DNA from: Spirochaetales bacterium
GTDB taxonomy: Bacteria > Spirochaetota > Leptospiria > Leptospirales > Leptonemataceae
Length of the DNA stretch: 64,000 bases
Reading direction: 5' to 3'
Assembly (NCBI GenBank): GCA_024233935.1
Contig: JACKOY010000017.1
Coordinates: 27,096 to 91,095, forward strand
Below, in pieces: positions 46,408 to 55,760 of the stretch; position 1 is the first letter of the stretch, and each line of letters opens with the position of its first letter. The position numbers and the translations under genes were made by a program. A model generated the notes under the pieces. That model was given only the letters and a program-made list of their open reading frames with translations, was not told where the DNA came from and searched no databases.

Positions 46408-46492
46408 GTCCTGGTTGGAGATTCGGCTGGCGGCTCGGATCAGGGCGATGGAGCTTGTGTCAGGAAAACCGGCTCGGGTAACTCTTCGCACC

Positions 46493-46756
46493 TCAGGCGA
46501 GTAGCGCCGCCACGAGCGCAAAGCCAACCGGTAAGACAAAAGGCGCGACGATTGCGGCAACTCTGTGTCCGAGCGGTATGGATTTGCGCCCGATCGCCAG
46601 CGCCCCCAAGACGATGCTTGCCATGAACAAAGGAATGGTCAGCAGAATGAGTGCGACGGCACTGCTTGCACCGGAGCGCATGAGCCAGAAACCGCCCGCC
46701 ATGGCAACCACGGTTGTCAGGTTCACAAGGAGGGCCGCAACAATAAGGGCGTGCAT
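46493..46756 (-). CDS. Hypothetical small 2-3 TM membrane protein
   Basis: The ORF and hydrophobicity only. Confidence 0.3.
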   Translation of the reverse strand: MHALIVAALLVNLTTVVAMAGGFWLMRSGASSAVALILLTIPLFMASIVLGALAIGRKSIPLGHRVAAIVAPFVLPVGFALVAALLA

Positions 46757-46768
46757 GACAATCCAGGC

Positions 46769-47233
46769 CTAAGGCTGGTCTTCTTCTTTATAGCTATCGA
46801 GCTTTTCGCGGACCAGGCGCGCACACTCGTCCATCATGGGGTTGGGATCGAAATCCTGATCGGTGTATTCGATTCGGAGGCGAACGACAGCCGATAACCG
46901 ACCCATAATGAATTCCGTATCGGGCTCAAATTCAATCGAGTCGATACGCTCGCGTGTAATCTCGGGAAACGTTTCGGCCAGCTGGTTGCGAATTTCGACC
47001 GAATCCACTTCAGCCACGCGGCGCGAAATCTCAATGCTGCGAGCATGGTCGGGGTTCACTTCGGCGTTGTGTGTGCGAATGCTTTTGTAGATGACCGGGG
47101 GCCGACAGGCGCCCAGGCAAAGGGCAAAGAAAGCCAGAAGGAAAGCCGCATAGAGCCGCCGGGGTCCAAACCTTAACCGGGGGGCACTGTGGCGGGAGTG
47201 TCGTGTTCGAATCGTATGCATTGTATTGTTCAA
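46769..47233 (-). CDS. Small lipoprotein, paralogue A of the 48372..48761 product
   Basis: Signal peptide ...AFFALCLGAC. The C-terminal 100 aa align with paralogue B (IEISRRV/IEIAREI, LAETFPEI/LAEQFPDI, IDSIEFEPDT/IDSIEFFPET, FDPNPMMDECA/FDPNAMMDACA). Confidence 0.5.
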   Translation of the reverse strand: MNNTMHTIRTRHSRHSAPRLRFGPRRLYAAFLLAFFALCLGACRPPVIYKSIRTHNAEVNPDHARSIEISRRVAEVDSVEIRNQLAETFPEITRERIDSIEFEPDTEFIMGRLSAVVRLRIEYTDQDFDPNPMMDECARLVREKLDSYKEEDQP

Positions 47234-47272
47234 GAGTGGAGCCGGGTGCAGGCCGTCAATTCAGGAATCGTT

Positions 47273-48358
47273 CTATCGCTCGCGAAACTCCAGCGATCTG
47301 ATCACCGTCAGGCCGATGTCCACAGCTGACCAGGAGCCCGGCAAACCGCTACTGGACCGCATCAAAAAGCCGGTGGTCGTGGAGCTGGTGGCAATATACT
47401 CCCCGCTGCCGTAGATCACATCGTAAGCGATACCGCTGTTTCCCGCGCAGGCGCTGGCCATGATGCCTTCGTTGCCCCAGTTCAGTCCGTCGCTCGAGAC
47501 ACTTACGTAGCAACTCTCCGTGCCACCGATTTCGCCACCGACGGCCACATTCAGAGCGCCGTTTGTGGCCACTCCCTGCGGACGTTCCCCCGCAGGTGCG
47601 GTCGAAAAAATCGTGCCGGTCGAAAAGTTTACGCCATCGGCAGCGTAGCGTGTGCCGTTCTGATCGGTAATCGCAAGCACTCCGCCTCCGGCCGCGGCGA
47701 TGACATCGTGGTAGCGAAAGCCACCGCCGATGTTGGTACCGTTCAGCGCCGCTATCGTCACTGTGGACGGATTAACCGACCGATGCAGGTTGCCTGCGCC
47801 GCCACCACCTTCGCCCATGTAGAAGTACCCATTGATGAAGTTGACAGTGCGTATGATCTGAGTTGCCGATCCATTCGGAGCGGTTGTCCAGGTGTAGCCA
47901 TCGCTGCTGGTGAGAATCAATGGCGCCGAGGCCCCATCATCTCCGACCGCCACAAAAATGCCATTGCCGTAAGCCACTTCCGAAATGCTCGACGCCCCGG
48001 CCCCGGGGCATCCGTTTGCGCTCCAGGTGCCCCCATCGGTCGTTGCGTACAGAGCGCACTCGGTTGTCGTCCGCCCCCCAACGACAATTTTCCCCGGGCC
48101 GATCGCCGCACCCAGAAGATCCAGGCAACCCGAGATCGTTTGGGCGGAAGGCCAGTAGTTGGCGCCGCTGGTCAGCACGACTCCGCAAACATTGGGCGGT
48201 CCCGCAATTTGACCCGCTCCCACAATCAGGGGCGCATAGGTCGCCAGATACAGCGTCAAAAGATCGCAGCCCGCGTCGGTTTCCGCGCAGGCAGTCGCGG
48301 CCCCACTGCAATGCATCCCGGCGGCGGCGATGGAGAGCGTGAGTAGTAAAGCACGCAC
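47273..48358 (-). CDS. Secreted Gly/Thr/Ala-rich protein, hypothetical
   Basis: Signal peptide (V)RALLLTLSIAAAGMHCSG, probably with a GTG start at 48358. Low-complexity G-rich body with several Cys. Confidence 0.45.
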   Translation of the reverse strand: MRALLLTLSIAAAGMHCSGAATACAETDAGCDLLTLYLATYAPLIVGAGQIAGPPNVCGVVLTSGANYWPSAQTISGCLDLLGAAIGPGKIVVGGRTTTECALYATTDGGTWSANGCPGAGASSISEVAYGNGIFVAVGDDGASAPLILTSSDGYTWTTAPNGSATQIIRTVNFINGYFYMGEGGGGAGNLHRSVNPSTVTIAALNGTNIGGGFRYHDVIAAAGGGVLAITDQNGTRYAADGVNFSTGTIFSTAPAGERPQGVATNGALNVAVGGEIGGTESCYVSVSSDGLNWGNEGIMASACAGNSGIAYDVIYGSGEYIATSSTTTGFLMRSSSGLPGSWSAVDIGLTVIRSLEFRER

Positions 48359-48371
48359 GTTCCGTCGACCC

Positions 48372-48761
48372 TCAGAGTGCGCCTTGTTTTTGAGCAACCG
48401 CTTCGCGCAGCAGGGCGGCGCAGGCATCCATCATGGCGTTAGGATCAAAGCTTTCATCCCCATAGGCGATGCGGGCCTGGATATGAACGACCTGGCGCTC
48501 CTGGACCGGGCGGGTCTCCGGAAAAAACTCAATCGAATCAATTTGAGCGGCGCTGATATCGGGAAACTGTTCGGCAAGCCGGGCACGCACACTCGCGGCC
48601 TGATCGTCAATGATCTCACGCGCGATTTCGATGTTTTGTTCTTCGTCGGCCCCAATTTCGACCGGTACCGAACGCATGCTCTTGAAGCTTGCGCCACCGC
48701 ACGCGCTCAAAAGCAGGAGTCCCACAGACGCGAGAGCGAATAAATACGTGCGAGTTTTCAT
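48372..48761 (-). CDS. Small lipoprotein, paralogue B
   Basis: MKTRTYLFALASVGLLLLSACGG lipobox. Homologous to 46769..47233 (see there). Confidence 0.55.
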   Translation of the reverse strand: MKTRTYLFALASVGLLLLSACGGASFKSMRSVPVEIGADEEQNIEIAREIIDDQAASVRARLAEQFPDISAAQIDSIEFFPETRPVQERQVVHIQARIAYGDESFDPNAMMDACAALLREAVAQKQGAL

Positions 48762-48841
48762 AATGCCTCCAAACCAGAACTGGTTGCACGCTTCCGGGTC
48801 CAGGGCTTCCGGGCAACCCCAAATCCACTTGAAAAGGCGGA

Positions 48842-49903
48842 TTATGTGGTAGCGCCGGCCAGGGCCAGCATGCCGCAGGCTGCATCAATGTCCTTGCCCG
48901 GAGAGCCGCGGTTGAAAACCGGCAGATCCGCATCCAGCAGAGTCGACTGGAACTCCTCAATTTCGGCTGCGGTTGGTCGACGCCAGCCCTGCAGATTTGT
49001 GTTCAGAGGAATCAGGTTGATTTTGCAGCGCACCGAGCGGCCGATCTTGACCAGCCGGGCCGCATTTTCCGGGCCCATGTTTACGTCCGGAATCATGACA
49101 TATTCAAACGTGATCTTTCGATCCAGAGTGCGCGTGTAACGCCGGGCAACTTCGAGCAACTTGTCCAGGGGATACTTGCGATCCACATCCATGATGGCGC
49201 CGCGCTCGGCTGCGTTGGCGTGGTTGAGAGAAATGGCGAGATTGAAGGGTTCGCGGTCCTTAATAAAACGTTCGATCGATGGAATTACACCGGCGGTCGA
49301 AATCGTAATATGACGGGCCCCCAGGTTCAGCCCCTCCGGATGATGCAGGATGTGCGCGGCCCGGATGACGTTTTCATAATTATGGAACGGTTCCCCCATG
49401 CCCATGAAAACGACATTGGTTACGGCCTCGCCCTTTCTGCGGATCAGCTCATAAACCTGGTCCACAATCTGCCAGGTTTCCAGGTTGCCGCGATAGACCA
49501 TGGTTCCGGTGGCACAGAAACGGCAGTTGAGCGTGCACCCGACCTGGGAAGAGATGCAAACCGTACGTCGGCGTGGCGAGACCAACCAGACCGCTTCGAT
49601 CTCGCGTACGGCTTCGCTCCGGCCCAGGTGTCCGGCATCGAATACAAAGCGCTCCGTGCCGTCTTCGGAAAGCACGCTTTTGACAACCGGCAGCTCCGGC
49701 AACGCGCCCTGATCGGCGAGGGTTGCGCGCAGAGCTTTTGGAAATTCAGTGAACTCATCGAGACTTTGAGCGAGATGTCGGTTGATGCGCCGAAAAGCCT
49801 GGCTGGCCCGAAAACGCGGCTGCCCGAGGGCCTCAAAGAAGCGTTCCAGTTCGGAGAGGCTTTTGCCTTTCAGCACCTGTTCTTCGGTCACAATCATAGT
49901 CAA
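48842..49903 (-). CDS. rlmN: 23S rRNA (adenine2503-C2)/tRNA methyltransferase, radical SAM
   Basis: ...SSQVGCTLNCRFCATG (CxxxCxxC). RlmN-typical blocks ...GMGEP..., ...ISTAG.... 353 aa. Confidence 0.8.
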   Translation of the reverse strand: MTMIVTEEQVLKGKSLSELERFFEALGQPRFRASQAFRRINRHLAQSLDEFTEFPKALRATLADQGALPELPVVKSVLSEDGTERFVFDAGHLGRSEAVREIEAVWLVSPRRRTVCISSQVGCTLNCRFCATGTMVYRGNLETWQIVDQVYELIRRKGEAVTNVVFMGMGEPFHNYENVIRAAHILHHPEGLNLGARHITISTAGVIPSIERFIKDREPFNLAISLNHANAAERGAIMDVDRKYPLDKLLEVARRYTRTLDRKITFEYVMIPDVNMGPENAARLVKIGRSVRCKINLIPLNTNLQGWRRPTAAEIEEFQSTLLDADLPVFNRGSPGKDIDAACGMLALAGATT

Positions 49904-50985
49904 AGAGGGGGATCAAAGGTCACGGGCTCCGGGGGATGGGCGACCACTTCGCCAATCTCAAAGGCCCGTCCTCCAAACCAGGTCTGGGAGGCCTCGGGCA
50001 ATTTCTTGAGCCCCTGATCGAGCGCTCCGAGGATCACGCGAACGCTCTCGGCCGGTACAATCAGAATCATCCCAATACCCATGTTAAATACGGAAAACAT
50101 TTCCCTGGCAGCCACTCCCCGTTTTGCAATCTCGGAAAAGACGCGCGGCGCCTGCCAGGCTTTCGGGTCGATGCGCACCCCGAGTCCTTCCGGGAGCACC
50201 CGCGGTATGTTTTCATAAAAGCCGCCGCCGGTAATGTGAGCGATAGCGTGGATTGGCAGGTTTTTGTCGAGCAGTGGGCGCAGCGCTCTTTCGTAAATCA
50301 CAGTGGGCCGCAACAAGACCTCGTGCTCCAGAAACTTCCGGTCCGCCGGAGATTCGGGCAGGTCCAGGCCATCTTTCAGGAACAGCCGTCGCACCAAAGA
50401 CATACCGTTGGAGTGCACACCCGAAGAAGGCAAACCGATCACGCGATCGCCCGGGGCTACGGCGCTGCCGCCGATGATTGCCGATCGCTCGACTACGCCC
50501 ACGGCAAAACCGGCCAGGTCATAGTCGTCCGGTTCCATGGTGTCGGGATGCTCGGCGGTCTCTCCGCCCATGAGCGAACAACCCGCTCTGCGGCACCCTT
50601 CGGCAATGCCGGAGACGATATCGTACATGCGTTGTTCGTCCAGCCGACCGCAGGCGATGTAGTCCAGAAATTGCAGCGGCTGCGCGCCCGATGCCAGCAG
50701 ATCATTCGTGCACATCGCCACAAGGTCAATGCCGACCGTTGTGTGCCGATTGAAGAGCTGCGCCAGGCGTAGTTTGGTGCCGACCCCGTCGGTGCTTGTG
50801 ACCAGCACCGGATCCCGGTAGCTTTTCAGAAAGGACACATCCATCAATCCGCCGAAGCCCGCCCGATCGGCAATCACCTGGCTGTGATGCGTGCTCCGGA
50901 CAACGTCCGCAATGCGTCGCACAAAGCTGCGGCCCTTCTCGGTGTCCACACCGGCGGCCCGGTAATTGATCGATTCTTCGGACAT
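49900..50985 (-). CDS. purM: Phosphoribosylformylglycinamidine cyclo-ligase (AIR synthetase)
   Basis: MSEESINYRAAGVDTEKG..., ...DGVGTKL..., ...AHITGGG... are conserved PurM blocks. Overlaps the rlmN start by 4 nt. Confidence 0.9.
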   Translation of the reverse strand: MSEESINYRAAGVDTEKGRSFVRRIADVVRSTHHSQVIADRAGFGGLMDVSFLKSYRDPVLVTSTDGVGTKLRLAQLFNRHTTVGIDLVAMCTNDLLASGAQPLQFLDYIACGRLDEQRMYDIVSGIAEGCRRAGCSLMGGETAEHPDTMEPDDYDLAGFAVGVVERSAIIGGSAVAPGDRVIGLPSSGVHSNGMSLVRRLFLKDGLDLPESPADRKFLEHEVLLRPTVIYERALRPLLDKNLPIHAIAHITGGGFYENIPRVLPEGLGVRIDPKAWQAPRVFSEIAKRGVAAREMFSVFNMGIGMILIVPAESVRVILGALDQGLKKLPEASQTWFGGRAFEIGEVVAHPPEPVTFDPPL

Positions 50986-51113
50986 GCTTTATTCTGGAGT
51001 CTCCACTTCCCAGGGGATCAAATCCGCGGGGCTCGCCCCGGGCAAGTGTTTGTTGGACAGGCGGTCGGTTTGCAGGCCGGAATCGGAGCAGGCCCAAAGG
51101 CGGGGTCGACCCG

Positions 51114-52472
51114 CTAACTGCCCGGAAGACCCGAGGCGAGAGCATCGTACATGGTGTGAAAACGTTCGTTGGGCACGCGCGGCTCATCCGCTCTGCTCAA
51201 CTCCGGTAGCAATCCCAGTACAAAATACATGTCCACTTCGCCTTTGTGTTTGGCCGCGACCTTGCCGCGGTATTCGCACTGGAAAAATTCGCGAACCAGT
51301 TCAAAAGTCGTGCCGGAAATGTTCACCCTTCCGGTGACGCCGGTTGATTCCAGGCGGCTGGCGGTGTTTACGGTGTCGCCCCAGACGTCGTAGGCAAACT
51401 TTCTTTCACCAATGACGCCCGCTACCAGCGGTCCGCTGTGAATTCCGAGTCGCAACTCCCAGTACGACAGGCCCTGGGATTCTTTGATCGACTTCATGCG
51501 ATTCATGAAGTCCTGGATTTCAAGCGCGGCCAGTACACAATCGATGGCGTGGGTCTTATTTGCGATGGGGATGCCGCCAGCGCACATATAGGCATCTCCG
51601 ATGGTCTTGAGTTTCTCCAGACGATAGTGATCGCAAACCTGATCGAAGTACGAAAAGCAACGATCCAGTTCGGAAATGAGTTCTTCCGGCCCCAGTTCGG
51701 CCGCGATCAGAGTGAAACCCTGGAAGTCGGTGAATAGTACGCTCGCCGATTCGTAGCGACGGGGTGTCGTACGACCGGTTTCTTTGAGTTCCTCGGCGAT
51801 TTCGGCCGGCAATATGTTCAGGAGCAATCGATCCGATTTTTCCCGTTCGGCATGGATGGTGCGTCGATCCCGGCGCGATTGACGCAGCAGGCTGCCGCGG
51901 CCTTGCTCGCGATCCAGAATGTTGGCCGACTGCAGACCCAGAAGAAAGTAGTACGACAAAAAGACACCAGCGGCCGGAAGCAGGACTATCAGATCGAGTT
52001 CGAAGCTGCCGAACCAAAAATTCAGGAGCACCGCCAGCAAAATAAAAAGTACGCCAAAAAGTACGGTGATCGGTACCCGATATACTCGAAAGCCCATCAA
52101 GGTGCCGATCGGGGCGAGCAATAACGCAAACAGCAGATAGCGAGGCGCGCCAGCAAACCAGATTGCACAGCCCGAGATCCAGGGAATCGTGCAAAAAAAG
52201 AAAAACCAGAAACGCCAGCGACGGACCGACCAGCGGCCGCTACGCAGCCGCGCTGCAGTGGCTGTTCCGCCCAGCATGCTCAGGAAAATCGCGCCCCCAC
52301 CCGCCACAAGCGGCGGGGCCGGAAAGCCGTTCGGGTCGAGGGCATAGATCGTGATGGCCGTGGCTATATAGAGGCTGCCCCAGAGGTTTGTGTGGAACAC
52401 AACCGGGTGCCGGAGCATAGCACGCAGGAACGATAGCATAGGCGGCAGGTGCCAGCCGGAACCCGCATTCAC
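51114..52472 (-). CDS. Membrane-anchored class III adenylate/guanylate cyclase (N-terminal ~6 TM)
   Basis: ...SDRLLLNILPAEIAEELKETGRTTPRRYESASVLFTDFQGFT...KLKTIGDAYMCAGG...WGDTVNTASRLES. Confidence 0.8.
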   Translation of the reverse strand: MNAGSGWHLPPMLSFLRAMLRHPVVFHTNLWGSLYIATAITIYALDPNGFPAPPLVAGGGAIFLSMLGGTATAARLRSGRWSVRRWRFWFFFFCTIPWISGCAIWFAGAPRYLLFALLLAPIGTLMGFRVYRVPITVLFGVLFILLAVLLNFWFGSFELDLIVLLPAAGVFLSYYFLLGLQSANILDREQGRGSLLRQSRRDRRTIHAEREKSDRLLLNILPAEIAEELKETGRTTPRRYESASVLFTDFQGFTLIAAELGPEELISELDRCFSYFDQVCDHYRLEKLKTIGDAYMCAGGIPIANKTHAIDCVLAALEIQDFMNRMKSIKESQGLSYWELRLGIHSGPLVAGVIGERKFAYDVWGDTVNTASRLESTGVTGRVNISGTTFELVREFFQCEYRGKVAAKHKGEVDMYFVLGLLPELSRADEPRVPNERFHTMYDALASGLPGS

Positions 52473-52597
52473 AAAGCATCAATCGTCTTTTGTCAGGTCC
52501 GGGATCAGAAATGCCCGGCAATCACCTGCTCGAGTCGCGGCCCGAAACCTGCTGCGGTCCCTGTTGACGGCGGCGATCCCGCTTCGAGAATACGGGC

Positions 52598-53857
52598 ATG
52601 TCCGGTACGCTCGCTCGTTTCATGCGATTCCTTGCCTGCTATGATCGCGCTGACGACCTGGGTCGGGATGAACAAAAGGCCTACCATGTGAGCTGTCTGG
52701 CGGCCGCACTGGCCGCGACCGTAACCCTTGTGCCGATTGTGCTTTCTATGTGGTTGCGTCCGCCAACCGAAGCGAGCGGGCGTATGGCCCTGTTTCCGAA
52801 CCTTTCAGCGGTCGCGGTCTATGGCTTTTGCTGGTGGCTGCTTCGCAATCGAAGAGTCTTTGCGGGTAAAGTCCTGCTGCTCGGTGAAGCCCTGACGCAC
52901 ATGACGATGCTTGTGATCGCTTTTGGTCTGCGTTCCGGCGTGCACTACTTCTACTTCGCCGCCTTCACGGCGCCACTGATCGTGTTCACACGCAAGGAGC
53001 GCCGCGCCCAGATCGCTCTGATGGTGCTTACGACGCTGGTTTTTTTGGCTGTGAATTACTACTATCTGGTGCTCGGCAACCATGGGCTTGTCTTTTCTGA
53101 ACGCTCCACGAGCTATGTGAATGTTTTTCTCATGGTCAATGCCGTTCTGGCGCTGGCGATTCTCGGGGGTTTTGTCTTTCACTTTTATCATGTGGGCTAC
53201 GTGGCCGAGGAACAGCTGGAAGCCGAACGGACGCGCTCCGAGAGGTTGCTCCTGAATATTTTGCCCGGACCGATCGCGGAGCGGCTCAAGAATGGAGACA
53301 TTCTGATTGCGGATCGTTACGAAGAGGCCACGGTGCTTTTCGCCGACATCGTGGGCTTTACGCCTCTTTCGGCGCGCCTTTCTCCGGACGAGCTGGTTGC
53401 CATGTTAAACGCGGTATTTACGGACTTTGACCGCATGGCCGAGCAGTTCGGCGTCGAAAAAATTAAAACCATTGGCGATGCCTACATGGTGGCCGGCGGA
53501 GTTCCCGAACACACGCCGGATCATGCTCTTCAGGTGGCGCAGATGGCGCTTGCGATGCAAAAACGTATGCGTGCTGAATCCAATGATCGCTCGCTCGAAC
53601 TGCGCATCGGCCTGCATTCCGGGCCGGTTGTGGCGGGTGTGATTGGCACACGAAAATTCATTTATGATCTTTGGGGCGACACCGTAAACACGGCGGCGCG
53701 CATGGAAGCCCACGGCCTTCCGGGTCGCATTCATGTGAGTTCGGCCACGCGCGACCAATTGAAGGATCGCTTTGCATACGAAAGGCGGGGTGTCATCGAA
53801 ATCAAGGGCAAGGGTCCCATGGAGACATTCTTTCTCGTGGATGGCTTTGACGGTTGA
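52598..53857 (+). CDS. Membrane-anchored class III adenylate/guanylate cyclase
   Basis: ...SERLLLNILPGPIAERLKNG...ATVLFADIVGFT...KIKTIGDAYMVAGG...WGDTVNTAARME. 5-6 N-terminal TM helices. The start is uncertain (several in-frame ATGs). Confidence 0.8.
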   Translation: MSGTLARFMRFLACYDRADDLGRDEQKAYHVSCLAAALAATVTLVPIVLSMWLRPPTEASGRMALFPNLSAVAVYGFCWWLLRNRRVFAGKVLLLGEALTHMTMLVIAFGLRSGVHYFYFAAFTAPLIVFTRKERRAQIALMVLTTLVFLAVNYYYLVLGNHGLVFSERSTSYVNVFLMVNAVLALAILGGFVFHFYHVGYVAEEQLEAERTRSERLLLNILPGPIAERLKNGDILIADRYEEATVLFADIVGFTPLSARLSPDELVAMLNAVFTDFDRMAEQFGVEKIKTIGDAYMVAGGVPEHTPDHALQVAQMALAMQKRMRAESNDRSLELRIGLHSGPVVAGVIGTRKFIYDLWGDTVNTAARMEAHGLPGRIHVSSATRDQLKDRFAYERRGVIEIKGKGPMETFFLVDGFDG

Positions 53858-53987
53858 AGCCCTGAGCTGCGCAAGAACACAAGGAGACTTTTAAGCTCTG
53901 TGAAGGTCAGCAAAGAGGCCTTTTGCTCCGGCTGCGACCTAATTTGGAGTTGCGCATGGTGGTCCGCGGCCACTCCTTTCAGTTATT

Positions 53988-55304
53988 GTGGGGTTTTTGA
54001 GGCGAAACCACATGGCGATCTGGCCGTCGGTGCTGACGGTCGTGCTGGGTTGTGTGTACGACCCGACCACCTCCAATGAGCCGGAGTTGGCCCTGCTTGC
54101 TCTGGCCCGGGCCGATTTCCCGTTCTCGGTTGTCAGCGAATCCGTTGGCGGCAGTCCCGGTGCCATGGTGATCGACGGCTCTTCCATTTTTATTGCCGGG
54201 AGTTCGAACCCGGGGGGCAACCTTAACTGGCGGGTTGAGCGACGGGATCGATACACGGGGGAACTCGTAAGCGAATTTGGTACGGCCGGCGTGCTGGATT
54301 TTGACCCGGGTTCAGGGAACGACGACGACCTCACGGATATCGCCCTTGATGCGACCTACATCTATCTCGTCGGAAACGATCGCAGCTCCGGCTCTCCCCA
54401 ATGGCGCATAGAAAAGCGGCTGGCCTCGACCGGCGCGCTGGTTTCCGGATTTGGATCGGGCGGTGTGATTACGAACGATCCCACGCCCGGCCAGAATGAC
54501 TTCTTAAACGCCATTGCCATCGATGGGACCTACATGTATCTGGCGGGTTCCCAATCGACCGGCGGCTCGGCTCAAGATTGGCGGCTGGAGAAGCGTGATC
54601 TGGCTTCGGGCAGTCTGGACGGTGGCTTCGGGACCGGCGGTGTGATTGTGCAGGGCGCGGGGAGCGGAACTCAGTCCCAGGCCTGGGCGGTCACTTACGA
54701 CACGAGCTATCTGTATTATGGCGGCGCCTATCGAGCCGCGACCGTCGATTGGCGCACCGAGAAACGCGACCGTACCACCGGCGCCCTGGTCGGCGGCTTC
54801 GGAACCGGAGGGCAGGTTGCGGGTCCGGCCAATGCCGGTCGGGATGAGATCTACGACATTGAAATCAACAGCGATTCTGTTTTTGTGAGCGGACTGACCC
54901 TTTCGCCAACAGTTCACTATCGTTTTGATCGCTATCTGCAGTCCGACGGCAGCAACGCGGGCGCGTTCGGGACCGGCGGCACCATCGACAACGATTTCAG
55001 CTCGGGTACTGATACTTTCGGCGACATCATTGTGGATTCGCCGTACGTATTTCTTCTGGGTTCCGATTTTACGAACGGTAGCGACCGGTTGCTGCGCGTG
55101 GAAAAGTTCGATGAGGTTACCGGCGCCTACATAAGCGCTTTCGGAAGCGGTGGCGTTTTGCAGATCAACAACTTTGCAGGCGAGGAGAACCTGCGCGCCG
55201 GTCGCGTGGACGGCACGTTTTTGTACATGGTCGGTGAAGACCAGAGCACATCGCCAGCTGCCTGGCGTCTGCTGAAGTACTACAAGTCGACCGGAACCCA
55301 GTAA
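53988..55304 (+). CDS. Repeat lipoprotein (about 8 x ~47-aa units, WR-x-EKRD...G-x-L...FG-x-GG; delta-60/beta-propeller-like)
   Basis: Signal peptide MAIWPSVLTVVLGC. Repeats seen directly (NWRVERRDRYTGELVSEFGTAGV / QWRIEKRLASTGALVSGFGSGGV / DWRLEKRDLASGSLDGGFGTGGV / DWRTEKRDRTTGALVGGFGTGGQV ...). Confidence 0.6.
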   Translation: MGFLRRNHMAIWPSVLTVVLGCVYDPTTSNEPELALLALARADFPFSVVSESVGGSPGAMVIDGSSIFIAGSSNPGGNLNWRVERRDRYTGELVSEFGTAGVLDFDPGSGNDDDLTDIALDATYIYLVGNDRSSGSPQWRIEKRLASTGALVSGFGSGGVITNDPTPGQNDFLNAIAIDGTYMYLAGSQSTGGSAQDWRLEKRDLASGSLDGGFGTGGVIVQGAGSGTQSQAWAVTYDTSYLYYGGAYRAATVDWRTEKRDRTTGALVGGFGTGGQVAGPANAGRDEIYDIEINSDSVFVSGLTLSPTVHYRFDRYLQSDGSNAGAFGTGGTIDNDFSSGTDTFGDIIVDSPYVFLLGSDFTNGSDRLLRVEKFDEVTGAYISAFGSGGVLQINNFAGEENLRAGRVDGTFLYMVGEDQSTSPAAWRLLKYYKSTGTQ

Positions 55305-55376
55305 CATGCGATATTTCTCAATCGGACCAAAGTCGTGTCGGATTGACAGCCCCCATGTAGACTGCTGTTCTGGCCT

Positions 55377-55760
55377 GTGCTCTCCGCCACGCAAATAGAG
55401 GGCCGCCTGTTGCCGGTCTTCGAGGCGCACCCTGAGATCCAGGCGGCCTGGCTCTTTGGATCGACCGTTACCGGTGATGGTGGTCCGCTTTCGGACATCG
55501 ACGTGGCGCTGCTTTTTTCAAAGCGTGTTTCTTTGCGGGAATTCGGGCTGGTGGTCAGCGATCTTTCTGAAGCGCTGGGGCGCAACGATGTGGATGCCGT
55601 TGACCTGTTCGATGCGAGCCCGCTTCTCCGGCATCGCATTTTTACGCGGGGACGTTTGCTGCTCGATCGCGAGCCGGTCGCCCGGGTGAACTTCACCGCC
55701 CGCGCCCTTTCGGAGTACTTCGATCTGATCCCCTCTCTGCGGAAAGTGTATGCCCCTTGA
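55377..55760 (+). CDS. mntA: Nucleotidyltransferase-domain antitoxin (MntA-like, type VII TA)
   Basis: ...LFGSTVTGDGGPLSDIDVALLF is the Pol-beta-type NTase motif GS-x(9-13)-DxD. GTG start. Overlaps the hepT start. Confidence 0.65.
   Translation: MLSATQIEGRLLPVFEAHPEIQAAWLFGSTVTGDGGPLSDIDVALLFSKRVSLREFGLVVSDLSEALGRNDVDAVDLFDASPLLRHRIFTRGRLLLDREPVARVNFTARALSEYFDLIPSLRKVYAP

Noticed and set aside
52598-52700. Exact start of the plus-strand cyclase (several in-frame ATGs: MSGTLARF..., MRFLACYD...)
   Set aside because: It cannot be resolved without RBS or conservation evidence, so the longest ORF was kept.
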